Below, piece after piece: positions 49,591 through 59,416 of a stretch of 64,000 bases of DNA. The stretch covers positions 2,304,001 to 2,368,000 of the forward strand of contig OZ241863.1 of NCBI GenBank assembly GCA_965203055.1. Direction: 5' to 3'. Source of the DNA: Spirochaetia bacterium. Its GTDB lineage: Bacteria; Spirochaetota; Spirochaetia; SZUA-6; Bin103. The position numbers and the translations under genes were made by a program. Below the pieces are notes generated by a model that searched no databases, was not told where the DNA came from, and worked only from the letters and a program-made list of their open reading frames with translations. Numbering within the stretch: position 1 is the first letter of the stretch; every line of letters starts with the position of its first letter.

Positions 49591-52479
49591 TCAGTCATCG
49601 AGCAGGCCGAGTTCGCGGAGCGGTTCGAGGACGGCGTGTTCCAGTCTGTTCCGGTCGAGCGGGTCGGCGGAGGCGGCCTTGGCGCTGATGGTGATCCGGC
49701 CGGTCAGGTCGGCGAGGTTGGCCAGGGCGCGCCACGCGTCGAACAGTTTGTCGCGGTCGGCGGTGAATGAGATCGCCACTTCGCGGCCGGCGCCGGGGGG
49801 CGGTGGCGGATCCGGCGGCGGCGCGTCGCCGGGGTCGGTGGGCTGGCGGACTTCTCCTCCGGATGCCGGCGCAGCGCCGCCGGCCGGATCGCGCTGCCCC
49901 AGCTCGACCGGCGCCTCGGCTTCGGGAAGCGCCCGGGGCAGGATGAGGAAGCCGGAGTCGAGGTCGATCTCGTCGGCGGCGAGGGGGCGCTCGAAGGCGA
50001 TGCGGCTGCGGTCGAGCCGGTAGCGGCCGGCGTCGTCGAGGGCCGGGCGGCCGGTGGCGTAGCCGAACAGGCCGGTCTCCACGCCGCGGGCGATCGCGCT
50101 GCGCACGACCTCGGCGGAGCGCAGGCGCGGATAGCCGAGGAACGAGAAGAACCCGGCTGACACGCGGTCGGTCGCGATGCCGGGCGCGGCGCCCTCCTCG
50201 CCGATGCGGAACAACTCGACGATCTTGCCAGGCGCGACCGAATCGAAGACCTTGCGCTGGACGGTCGTCAGCAACTCCATCAGGCGTTGGTGGATCAGGG
50301 CGCGCCTTCCGGCGTCGAGGGTGGTCCGCAACGGGCGGCCGCCCAGGGCGGCGGTGGCCAGCGACAGCGCTCCGGCGCCCGACTCCGGCAGCCACACTTC
50401 CGCGTACAACTGGACCAGCGCGGACTCGGCGGCGGCCCGCTCGGTCGCCTCCCGCTCGCGGAGCTGGCTGCGCTGGGCGGCGGTAAGGTTGAGCGCCCGC
50501 GACCGACCCTGCACGCGCTGCACGGCAAGCAGGTAGCGGACCGCGCGGCGCAACCCCTGGATCCGTTCCGCGTCCGGCACGGCCAGCGCCAGCCCGTTGC
50601 GGTACTCGCGCGTCCGGGAACCGTGATTCTCGCACAGGCCGCGCGCGAACGCCTGCCGGTCGTTCTCAGACCGATCGACGAACTCCGGCGGCAGGTAGGC
50701 GATCAGGAACCGCGCGTCGCGGTCCGGCACGTCGGAGGACCGTTCCGGCCAGACGATGGCCGGCTGGCCGGCCAGGCGCTCCTCGATCAGCTCCCGGACG
50801 CGGGCGCGCACGCCGCTCTCGTCCCGCGCCACGGCGTCCGCCTCCTGTTCGACGAGCAAGGTGACGTTGGGATCCTTCTTGAAGCAATAGTGCGCGCCGT
50901 CGAAGTGGAGATAGAGACACTGCTCCCGGAGCTCCTTGAGACATGCCTGCGCGGTGGTGCTGTCCAGGTCGGGGCCGATGCTCACCCCCAACAGTTCGGA
51001 CTCGGCGATTCCGGGAGGCAGCGGCTCGCTCTCCTCACCCGCCGAACGGCGCAGCCCGCCGAACGAGTACAGCAGCACGACCGTCGCCAGCCGGGTGGCC
51101 GGTTCCTTGCCGGCCTCGGCCGTGACCTCCCGCGCGCGCCGCGCGTCGATCCGCCGCGTGCGCGCGTTGGCGCCGACGAAGTCGTGCTCCAGACAGGCCT
51201 GAAAGTCCTCCCGCTGGCCGACTTCCTTGAAGAAGGCGAGGCGCACCTCGGCGTCGCGGAGCGGCACGTCGCCGGGGCCGAGGAGCAGGCGCGACCGGCC
51301 CGCGCCGTGCGCCGCGCGCAGGCAGGACGCCAGGAAGCGCAACGCGCCGCGCGTGCGCTGGAAGTCGGGGACCGCCGCCCAGCGTTCCCGCATCACGTCG
51401 ATGAGCGCGGGATGGAACGGATAGGCGGCGCTGATCCGGTCGCGCAAAGCCATGCCCTCCTCGTCCGCCTGCCGGCGCTCCGCTTCACCCTGCGCGTAGG
51501 CCTGCCGCATGCGCGTGAACACCTGCCGGCAGGCTTCGGCCACGTTCCCGGCGGCGCCGGCGTCCGGCAGCTTCGCCAGCAGCCGCCGCTGCACCACGTT
51601 GAGAATCTCGTTGCCTTCGACCGGCTCCCGCCGCTGGTCCTTGCGGGCGGCGAGATGCTCCACCGTGCGCAGCAATCCGGTGTATTCCAGCGACTCGCGC
51701 GAACTCGACTGCAGGGAATAGACCAGCACGGCGTGGTCCACGTTGCCCACCGCGACCGTGAGCCGCTTCAGGAACGCCAGCGTCTCGTCCCGGAGCGTGG
51801 TCTGGCCGACCTGCACGCCGCCGGCGCTGATCAGGTATTCGAGGATCTCGTCGAGCAGGATCAGACTCGGTCCGCGCCGCAGCAGCTCGACGAGCAGGTC
51901 GCCGCCGGGGGCGACCCGCGCCGCGTCCTGGCGCCGCACCAGGTCGTAGCCGTCGCGCCCGCCGAGCGCCCACCCGATCCAGCCCCAGATGGTCTGCGCC
52001 GTAACGCCCTCCTGCGGCGCGCGCCGGCCGGCGGTGGCGTCGAACAGCTGACCGTCCACCACCGCCACCCGCACCCGCTCCGGGCGCGGCAGGCCGGCCG
52101 CTTCCGGCAGCGCGTCCAGGGCAGCCCGCGACCGGGCGGCGTGCAGCAGCGCGGCGAGGGTGTGCGACTTGCCGCCGCCGAAGGGGGTCATCAGCTTGAG
52201 CACGCGGTTGCCGCCCGCGCCGCTCAGCCGCCCCAGCACGTCGTCGAGCAGGGAGCGCAGGCCGCCGGTCAGGTAGGAGGCCGCAAAGAAGCTGCCGGCG
52301 TCGCGGTAGACGGCGGGCACGCGCGGCAGTTCGGCGTCCGCGGCGCCCCGCTCCTTGCCGATCAGGTAATCGGCCAACGGCCCCAGGTCGAGCGCGAAGA
52401 GATCGTCGGAAGACTCGCGCGAGAGCACGTCGGGGTGCAGTTCCACGCATTCCAGCCACGGGCGCAGTGCGGCGCTCAT
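49591..52479 (-). CDS. DUF499-family AAA+ ATPase (BrxC-related)
   Basis: PW.....HPDV, FF..SYLT.GL, TPFGGGKSH, ILLDE, YPFHP.LID, FQRTRGALR. Confidence 0.9.
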   Translation of the reverse strand: MSAALRPWLECVELHPDVLSRESSDDLFALDLGPLADYLIGKERGAADAELPRVPAVYRDAGSFFAASYLTGGLRSLLDDVLGRLSGAGGNRVLKLMTPFGGGKSHTLAALLHAARSRAALDALPEAAGLPRPERVRVAVVDGQLFDATAGRRAPQEGVTAQTIWGWIGWALGGRDGYDLVRRQDAARVAPGGDLLVELLRRGPSLILLDEILEYLISAGGVQVGQTTLRDETLAFLKRLTVAVGNVDHAVLVYSLQSSSRESLEYTGLLRTVEHLAARKDQRREPVEGNEILNVVQRRLLAKLPDAGAAGNVAEACRQVFTRMRQAYAQGEAERRQADEEGMALRDRISAAYPFHPALIDVMRERWAAVPDFQRTRGALRFLASCLRAAHGAGRSRLLLGPGDVPLRDAEVRLAFFKEVGQREDFQACLEHDFVGANARTRRIDARRAREVTAEAGKEPATRLATVVLLYSFGGLRRSAGEESEPLPPGIAESELLGVSIGPDLDSTTAQACLKELREQCLYLHFDGAHYCFKKDPNVTLLVEQEADAVARDESGVRARVRELIEERLAGQPAIVWPERSSDVPDRDARFLIAYLPPEFVDRSENDRQAFARGLCENHGSRTREYRNGLALAVPDAERIQGLRRAVRYLLAVQRVQGRSRALNLTAAQRSQLREREATERAAAESALVQLYAEVWLPESGAGALSLATAALGGRPLRTTLDAGRRALIHQRLMELLTTVQRKVFDSVAPGKIVELFRIGEEGAAPGIATDRVSAGFFSFLGYPRLRSAEVVRSAIARGVETGLFGYATGRPALDDAGRYRLDRSRIAFERPLAADEIDLDSGFLILPRALPEAEAPVELGQRDPAGGAAPASGGEVRQPTDPGDAPPPDPPPPPGAGREVAISFTADRDKLFDAWRALANLADLTGRITISAKAASADPLDRNRLEHAVLEPLRELGLLDD

Positions 52480-55283
52480 TCGGTCGTACTCCAGGTGAAG
52501 GTCTGCTGGCCGGTAACCCGGCGGTCGATCTCGTCGGCGAAGGCGGCGCCCTCGATCACGCTCCGCCAGTTGGCGTTCAGCCGGGCGAGGACGCGCTGCT
52601 CGGCGGTAGGGTTGCTCTCCCGCAGCTCGGAACGGCCGTGGGCCGGCCCGGCGAGCGCCTCGGCGACCAGGCGGAGCTGTTCCTGGTTCGGGCGCGCCGC
52701 GTCGAGAAAATCGGGCAGTTCCGCCGGGCGGTTGTCGAGCAACCAGAGCACCCGGTGGAGGACGTCGATGAGCGGCGCCGAGCGGCTGTCCGCCGGCGCC
52801 CCCACGCGCCGGTCGCCGCCGCGCTCGTCGTAGGTGCGCACGCGGAACCGGCCGCCGGCCTGCTCCACCAGCGCCGGCGCCGGCCCGGAGAGTCCGCCGG
52901 CGCCGGCGATCTCGATGCCGAACGGCGGGCAGAAGACGTAGGCCTCACCGGCTGGGATGCTCCCCTCGCGATAGGTGAAGCGCCACATGAGGTAGAACTG
53001 CGTGAGCGCGTCGACCGAACCGACCGCGGACCGCGACAGCCCGAAGATCTCGGCCAGCATCACCTCCAGCACCTCGCCTTCGACCACCTGAAGAAAGCGC
53101 TCGGCGGGCACCGGCTCGCCGTTGGCGTATTCGACGGCGCTGAACTGCGTGTAGGCGCGCAGCCCGGCGCCGACCGCGGCCATCAGCAGGTCGGCGCCGC
53201 CGATCCCCGCGCCGCCGGCCCACAACGTGCGCACCCGTTCGCGCGCGATGCGGCGCAGTTCCGGCTCCACCTCGGTCTCGTAGCGGCCGGTCGCCGCAGC
53301 CTGCCGCCGGCGGGCGACGAAGAAGATGCTGTCCGACAGCGCCGCGGCGCCCTGCGCGTTGACCCGGCCGCGCGATTCGGTCTGCACCGGCCATGCCTCG
53401 GTCACCGTGAGCCCGGCGCCGACCAGGGCGCGGATCAACGTCGCCCATCCTTCCGTGGTCCGATGGGCGTAGACGCAGACCAGCGGCGCTCCCGGCTTCA
53501 ACACGCGCCGCGCCTCGGCGAAGGAGCGGCGCATCAGCTCCTGGTAGTGGGCGTTGGCCTGCTCCTTGTCACCGCCGTGCTCGCTCGGTTGCGCCACCGC
53601 CTCGCGCCGCTTCGGCGGCGCCGGCAGCGCGAAGTGTTCCGGGTACAGGTCGCCGAGGATGCGCTTCAGCCACACGTAGAAGAACGCCGACAGGTCGGCG
53701 TAGTAGATGCTGCTGTAGTACGGCGGATCGGTGATGACCGCGTCGAAGGTCTCGTCGGCGTAGAACAGCTTCTCGGCGTTGCCGCGGGTCACCACCGCCG
53801 GCGTTTCGATCTTGGCGAGCTCGCGCATGCAGTACGCTTCCCGGTCCAGGGCAAACGGCAGGCAACCCTCTGTCAGGGCACTGAAATTGATCTCCGAGAA
53901 GTCGTAGACCATCTTGAGCGCCTGCCGATCGCCGATTGCGCCTTTGGTACGCTGAACTGCCGGCTCCCACCTTGCAAACTTGTTGAACGCGATTACCAAG
54001 CGACCAAACGCCATCGAAAAGTAGGTCGCCAGCGCCAGCGCCCGCTGCTCATCCACACCCTCCTGGCGCATCTCGCGGTGGATTCGCCGCAGGTGCTTGA
54101 CGAGCGTGAACAGCACCAGCAGTTGCCGGGAGGTGAACAGATCCTGATAGCGCTCGACGCCGTACCCCGGCAGTTGATCGCGGAGCTTGCCCTGCAGCGT
54201 CTCCGCCGGGCGCTCGCACCGGAGTTCGCGTTCCAGACCGGTCAGCCGATCTTCGAGCTCCTGCGCCGCGGGAATCGCCGCCGCCGCCGCGCTCAGGTAC
54301 AGCTTGGAACCTCGCTTCTGCTTCCCCTGCTCGCGCTTGCCGGCCGTGCTTACCACCGCCGCCAGCGACTCCCCCATCCGTCCGGCCGCGGCCATCGCCT
54401 TGACGTAATCGGCCGGCGCCGGCGTGGCGCACGCCGCGCACACCGCCTGCCCGGCGCCGGTCTGTCCGGTCTGCGCCGACACGTCGCGGGCGCTCGTTCC
54501 CGACACGATGTCCCAGCGCAGCCGGTCGTGCGCGTCGATGCGCGGCAGCGCGGCCACGGCCAGGTCTCCCCGCTTGCGCAGCCACGCCTGCCGCACGAGC
54601 GGTACCGGCGCGGCGCAGCCGGGCCGCCGGCAGGGCACGGTACGCGCCCAGACGTAGGCGACCGGCGCCGGGCGGCGGTCGAAGTCATCCGCATCGCCAT
54701 CGAACAGCGGCGTCTGCGCCGCTACCGCCGCATCCGCGTCCGGGATCGACACCGGCGGGTAGAGGTCGCCAACCTCCTGCCGCATCCGCTCCATAAGGAC
54801 GCCGCTCCAGCGCTCGAAGTCGTCGGCAAGGCCGGAGCCGAATCGCTGCGGATAGACCAGCGTGCACAACTCGATCAGATGCGCCACCGGGTTGTAGTCG
54901 ACGGCGTGGCTCTCGCAGCCGAGGCGCGCCGCCTCCAGCGGAATCGACCCGCCGCCGGCGAACGGATCGAGCACCTTGGGCGCCCGCCCGCCGTGCAGGT
55001 CCCTGATGCTCGCCGCCGCCCGCCCGACTTCCCGCCGGGCCGGCTGGTACGCCGCCAGCCGGCCCACGAAGGCGGCGGCATCCTTGCGTTCGTCATCGCT
55101 GCGCGGCGCCGGCACCAGCGCCGCGTAGATCGCCGCCCGCACCGCGCTGATCGGGCGCCGCGCCGGCCAGTAGTGCACCATCTCCACGTACCGCCGCGGA
55201 TGCAACTTCTCGCGCGCCGCGATCGCATTGAGCACCTCGAGCGGCAGATAATCCTCGATCAGCCTGCGGTCACCCGTTTCCAT
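52476..55283 (-). CDS. DUF1156-family N6-adenine DNA methyltransferase
   Basis: RLIE..LP, HYWPARRP, VLDPFAGGGSIPLEA, CxxC pairs, TDPPYY, YAH.T.EGW. Confidence 0.92.
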   Translation of the reverse strand: METGDRRLIEDYLPLEVLNAIAAREKLHPRRYVEMVHYWPARRPISAVRAAIYAALVPAPRSDDERKDAAAFVGRLAAYQPARREVGRAAASIRDLHGGRAPKVLDPFAGGGSIPLEAARLGCESHAVDYNPVAHLIELCTLVYPQRFGSGLADDFERWSGVLMERMRQEVGDLYPPVSIPDADAAVAAQTPLFDGDADDFDRRPAPVAYVWARTVPCRRPGCAAPVPLVRQAWLRKRGDLAVAALPRIDAHDRLRWDIVSGTSARDVSAQTGQTGAGQAVCAACATPAPADYVKAMAAAGRMGESLAAVVSTAGKREQGKQKRGSKLYLSAAAAAIPAAQELEDRLTGLERELRCERPAETLQGKLRDQLPGYGVERYQDLFTSRQLLVLFTLVKHLRRIHREMRQEGVDEQRALALATYFSMAFGRLVIAFNKFARWEPAVQRTKGAIGDRQALKMVYDFSEINFSALTEGCLPFALDREAYCMRELAKIETPAVVTRGNAEKLFYADETFDAVITDPPYYSSIYYADLSAFFYVWLKRILGDLYPEHFALPAPPKRREAVAQPSEHGGDKEQANAHYQELMRRSFAEARRVLKPGAPLVCVYAHRTTEGWATLIRALVGAGLTVTEAWPVQTESRGRVNAQGAAALSDSIFFVARRRQAAATGRYETEVEPELRRIARERVRTLWAGGAGIGGADLLMAAVGAGLRAYTQFSAVEYANGEPVPAERFLQVVEGEVLEVMLAEIFGLSRSAVGSVDALTQFYLMWRFTYREGSIPAGEAYVFCPPFGIEIAGAGGLSGPAPALVEQAGGRFRVRTYDERGGDRRVGAPADSRSAPLIDVLHRVLWLLDNRPAELPDFLDAARPNQEQLRLVAEALAGPAHGRSELRESNPTAEQRVLARLNANWRSVIEGAAFADEIDRRVTGQQTFTWSTTE

Positions 55284-55381
55284 CGTCACGCTGTCGGCTT
55301 GTGGTCCCCACGACCGACGGTACGGCGAGATGCTCGCCGCGGCCGGCGGCGACCGTCGTTCCGTCGTGTCTCCGGTCGATC

Positions 55382-55751
55382 CTACGCGAGCAACGCGAAC
55401 ACCGTCGTCAGCGACGTGACGACCACGAAGCCCACGCCGATCATCCACGTCAGCGTGTTGAAGCGCTTGTCCACCGTCTCAAACCGCTTGTCGACGTGCC
55501 AGATCAGATGCCCGAATCGGTTTGTCCACCGCGTCGAAGCGATGCTCCATGAACCTGAAGCGTTCGTCCATCAGCACCCGCAACACCTTGAGCTCTTCCT
55601 CGACCCGTACCATACGCTCCAACAGGGCGATGGGGACAACGACGGTCTCCGCCCGCGGGACCGCGTGGTTCACCAGCTCCCGGAGCCACGGCTTGACGTA
55701 GTCCCCGATGCGGACGACGTCCTCTTCCTTCAGCATCACCGGCTCTCCCAT
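55382..55751 (-). pseudogene. Small coiled-coil (VDKRF repeat) protein with C-terminal TM helix, DUF1640/Bdr-like, +1 frameshift at ~55520
   Basis: LLERMVRVEEELK...MDERF..MEHRFDAVDK / RFGHLIWHVDKRFETVDKRFNTLTWMIGVGFVVVTSL...; AGGAGG RBS and TATAGT upstream. Confidence 0.75.
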
Positions 55752-55817
55752 CAGCACCTCCTGCTACTATAGCCCAATAACGCGCCGGAGGCGCTGGCGC
55801 TTCAATCCGTCCATCCG

Positions 55818-58800
55818 TCAGGATGCCTCCTGCTCGCGCGCGGCCTGCTCGACGGCGGCGGCCGGCAGGTCATAGTAGCGGGACCCGACGACCTCCTGCT
55901 TGGCGTGGTCCAGGCGACGCGCCGGGTTGCGGATCATCAGCGGCACCGGGCTGGGGTCATCCAGCGGGTCCCAGACGACGTACAGCCAGTAGCTGTCGCC
56001 GAGTTGTTGCGCCTTGTACCACTCGTTGGTGGTCAGCCGGACCGGGCGGCCGCGGCGGCGGCCCTTCACTTCGATACGCCGCACGCCGGTCACCGGATCG
56101 CGGTAGCCGGTCTGCGCGTCCGGCGGCGCCAGGCTGCGGATGTCGAAGCCGATCTTCTCGCGGCCTACCCGGGTGCACTCGCGGCCTTGGCGCTCCTCGT
56201 AGGCGACCACCACCTCCTCGGCGGCGCGTTCGACCCGCTGCTGCAACTTGGCGTCCGGCTCGGCGGCGCCGTCCGGGGGCAGCACCAGGCAGCTCGCCAG
56301 GTGCCGCACGGGACCGTGGCGGGCGACGCGCAGCCGCTCGATCCCGGCCAGGCGTCCGGCATGGGTGCGCTGCAGGTCTTCCAGGTCCCGCTCCGCGCGC
56401 TGCCGCGCCAGCGCCACCTGCGGCTCGCTTCGCTCGCGCCCGAGCAGCGCCATCACCCGGTTCTGCGCCGCCCGCCGCCGCGCCGCGAACGACTTCTCCA
56501 GGTACGCGCGCGCCACGTCCGCATAGCGGCCGCGCTCGGCCTGAGCCGCCCGCCGCCGCGCCATCTGCACGGTGGCCTTCACGTAGTCGTCGATCGGCCC
56601 GCGATCGACCGCCGGCAGAGTCGCCGGCGGCTGCGGGTGCGCCGGCAGGTCGATCAGCACGTCCGCCGGCACCGCGCAGTACGGACCGCCGCCCGCCGCG
56701 CCGGTATCGATCTCCTCCCGCACCGCCGCCAGTTCGGCGTGAACGGTCGCCGCCGCGCCGCCGGGCGAGTGGCCGCGCAGCGCGATCTCATAGAAGTGGA
56801 GCCGATACGGCGTCTCGGCCGCGGGGTCCAGGTACACCGCGGTCCGGCCCGCCAGCTCCTGCAGCAGCTCCTGCAGCTTCTCGTCGACCGCGCCGTAGAG
56901 CGGGTGGCCGGGGCCGAGCAGCACCGCGTCCTGGTGCTGCGCCTGCTCCAGATGCTCCTTGTAGCAGGTCAACTTGCGATAGCCGGCCGCCGGCTTGCCG
57001 AGCCGGCGCACCGCGGCGAGGCGCTCCGAGCGCAGGTCGGCGCGCACGTGGTCGATCCGCCACAACCCGTCGGCGCGCGCTTCCACGCGCTGGCCCACCG
57101 CGGCGGCCGCCTGCAGGAAGTGCGACTCCACGTAGCGCGGCATCAGACGCCGCTCCTCCGCCTCCAGGTTGGCCTGCGCGAAGGCCGGGAAATCGACGTG
57201 GGAACGCGCCAGGGCGATGCCGCTCGCCTCCTCGTACCGTTCCGGGAGCTGCGGATCGATCCGCTCGATGTCGTCGAGATACTCCTCCAGCCGCCGCGGC
57301 TCAGAGGCCACCGCGCGCAGCATCTCCGGCAGGTCGATCCGGTTCAGCGCGAGCACTTCGCCCACCACGTCGAATACCCGATCGCCGAGCGCGGCGCGCA
57401 TCCGCTCCAGCTTGCTCAGCAGCCGCTCCAGGATGCGGCCCTCGATCACCGGCCGGCCATCCTCCGCCGAGGCGGCGACGAAGTTGAAGGCATGGACGTC
57501 GCGCGCCTGCCCGATGCGGTGGATGCGGCCCAGGCGCTGCTCCAGGCGGGTCGGGTTCCAGGGCAGATCGTAGTTGATCAGCAGGTGGCAGAACTGCAGG
57601 TTGATGCCTTCGCCGGCCGCCTCGGTGGCCACGCACACCTGCCGGCCGGCGCGGAACGCCTCCTGCGCCCGGCGGCGTTCCGGCTGGCTCATCCCGCCGT
57701 GGATCGCGCAGGTCGAATAGCCCCAGGCTGCGAGGTGTTCCCGCAGATGGTCGAGCGTGTCGCGGTGTTCGGTGAAGATGAGCAGCTTGCCGCGGCCATC
57801 CTGCAGCTCGGCGAATTCCGCCCGCGCCAAGCAGTCGCGCAGGGCGCGCAGCTTGGAGTCGCGCCCGCCGTCGCGCACCCGGCCGACGCGCGCCGTCAGC
57901 TCGCCGAGCGCCGCGACTTCCGCCCGGAGCCGGTCCAGGTCGATCCCGTCGAGCGCGGCGCCGGCCAGCTCGTCGCGGGCGGCGTCGTCCAGGTCGTCCT
58001 CCTCCTGTTCCACATCGGCGAGGCGGCCGGCGAGCTGCGCGAGACGCCGCGCCCGCGCAGCCGGGGCAAGCCGTTCCAGTTCCTCCACCAAGTCCGAAAG
58101 CCGCGCCCGGCGGCGGCGCAACGACTCGTGAATCGCGCGCGTCGAGCTCGCCAGGCGGCGCTGGAATACGGTGCGCACCAGGGCGGCGCTGTGCTTGCGG
58201 CTGCCGCTCGCGTGCGGCAGGAACTCGTTGATATACGCGGTGACCGCCTGGTAGACCGCGTACTCCTCCGGTCCAAGATGGAAGCTGACGGTGCCGACGT
58301 GGCGGTCCGGGAACAACCGGCGGCCGCGCAGGTCCTTGAGATCTTCCTTGAGCCGGCGCAGCGCCCACGGGCAGTCGTCGCCGAGACGCAGGATGTCGCG
58401 CCGGAGGTCACGCGCCGCCGCGCCGTAGCGGTGCGGCTCGGGGAACAGATCGCGGTCGAGCAGGCGAATGAAGTGGGCGAAGCGGTCGTCGTCGCCGTGG
58501 TGCGGGGTGGCGGTGAGCAGCAGCAGGTTGTCGGCGAGCTCGGAGAGCCGTTCGGCGAGTCGATAGCGCCTGGTGCGCTCGATCTCGTCGCCGCGCCCGG
58601 CCGCGCGCCGGGTGAAGGCGCTGCACTTGTGCGCCTCGTCGATGATCACCAGGTCCCAGCGCTGCTGCCACACCCGCTCCCGGACTTCGTCGCGCTTGGC
58701 GTAGTCGATAGACGCGATCACCTGCGGCTCGCGCTCCCACGGATTCAGCGCCTGCCGGCCGTCGTTGGCGGAATCGATGATCTGGAACGGCTCGTTGAAG

Positions 58801-59357
58801 AAGCGCAGCAACTCGTCCTGCCACTGGCCGGTAAGCGGCGCCGGCACCAGGATCAGGCAGCGCTCCAGCGCGGCGCGCAGCTTCAGTTCCTTGATGAGGA
58901 GGCCGGCCATGATCGTCTTGCCGGCGCCGGGGTCGTCGGCCAGCAGGAAGCGCAGCCGCGGCTGCGGCAGCATCTTCAGGTAGACCGCCTCGAGCTGATG
59001 CGGCAGAGTGCGGATGCCGGACAGGCTCACCGCGAACTGCCGGTCATGGGCGTGCGCCAGCCGGATGCGGGCCGACTCGACCAGCAGCCGCAACCGTTCC
59101 GCGTCGACCGGCGGCGCCGGCTGCGCGGCAGCTTCGCCGGCGGCATAGTCGCCGGCCGCGCCGAACGCCGCGGCCGCTTCCTCGGCCGAGAGGACCGCCT
59201 CGTCGAGCGTCCCGTCGGGCAGGCGCACGCGGCACTCGCAGCCGCCCGCGCCGCCGGGGCCGAGCGGGCGGATCGCTTCCAGGACGACCGGCCCGGCGAA
59301 GTGGCCCGGCAGCGCCACGCGGCGCCCGACCGGCGCTGCCAGGGAGTTACCGACCAC
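55818..59357 (-). CDS. SNF2 helicase with C-terminal DUF3883 (NOV) nuclease domain
   Basis: LLADDPGAGKT, DEAH, LLTATPH, AGEGINLQ, PWNP.RLEQR.GRIHR; GFDI.S...IEVKG....LT.NEW......YWLYVV. Confidence 0.93.
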   Translation of the reverse strand: MVGNSLAAPVGRRVALPGHFAGPVVLEAIRPLGPGGAGGCECRVRLPDGTLDEAVLSAEEAAAAFGAAGDYAAGEAAAQPAPPVDAERLRLLVESARIRLAHAHDRQFAVSLSGIRTLPHQLEAVYLKMLPQPRLRFLLADDPGAGKTIMAGLLIKELKLRAALERCLILVPAPLTGQWQDELLRFFNEPFQIIDSANDGRQALNPWEREPQVIASIDYAKRDEVRERVWQQRWDLVIIDEAHKCSAFTRRAAGRGDEIERTRRYRLAERLSELADNLLLLTATPHHGDDDRFAHFIRLLDRDLFPEPHRYGAAARDLRRDILRLGDDCPWALRRLKEDLKDLRGRRLFPDRHVGTVSFHLGPEEYAVYQAVTAYINEFLPHASGSRKHSAALVRTVFQRRLASSTRAIHESLRRRRARLSDLVEELERLAPAARARRLAQLAGRLADVEQEEDDLDDAARDELAGAALDGIDLDRLRAEVAALGELTARVGRVRDGGRDSKLRALRDCLARAEFAELQDGRGKLLIFTEHRDTLDHLREHLAAWGYSTCAIHGGMSQPERRRAQEAFRAGRQVCVATEAAGEGINLQFCHLLINYDLPWNPTRLEQRLGRIHRIGQARDVHAFNFVAASAEDGRPVIEGRILERLLSKLERMRAALGDRVFDVVGEVLALNRIDLPEMLRAVASEPRRLEEYLDDIERIDPQLPERYEEASGIALARSHVDFPAFAQANLEAEERRLMPRYVESHFLQAAAAVGQRVEARADGLWRIDHVRADLRSERLAAVRRLGKPAAGYRKLTCYKEHLEQAQHQDAVLLGPGHPLYGAVDEKLQELLQELAGRTAVYLDPAAETPYRLHFYEIALRGHSPGGAAATVHAELAAVREEIDTGAAGGGPYCAVPADVLIDLPAHPQPPATLPAVDRGPIDDYVKATVQMARRRAAQAERGRYADVARAYLEKSFAARRRAAQNRVMALLGRERSEPQVALARQRAERDLEDLQRTHAGRLAGIERLRVARHGPVRHLASCLVLPPDGAAEPDAKLQQRVERAAEEVVVAYEERQGRECTRVGREKIGFDIRSLAPPDAQTGYRDPVTGVRRIEVKGRRRGRPVRLTTNEWYKAQQLGDSYWLYVVWDPLDDPSPVPLMIRNPARRLDHAKQEVVGSRYYDLPAAAVEQAAREQEAS

Positions 59358-59416
59358 TCGAACCCGACTCTCCGTTCGTTCGCGCCGGGCGCCGGGGCGC
59401 CTCGCGGCGCCCTCGG

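Noticed and set aside
44184..59412. Similar GGGGCGCC...GGCGCCC hairpins at both ends of the defence island as att sites
   Set aside because: GC-only palindromes are common at this composition and probably act as terminators
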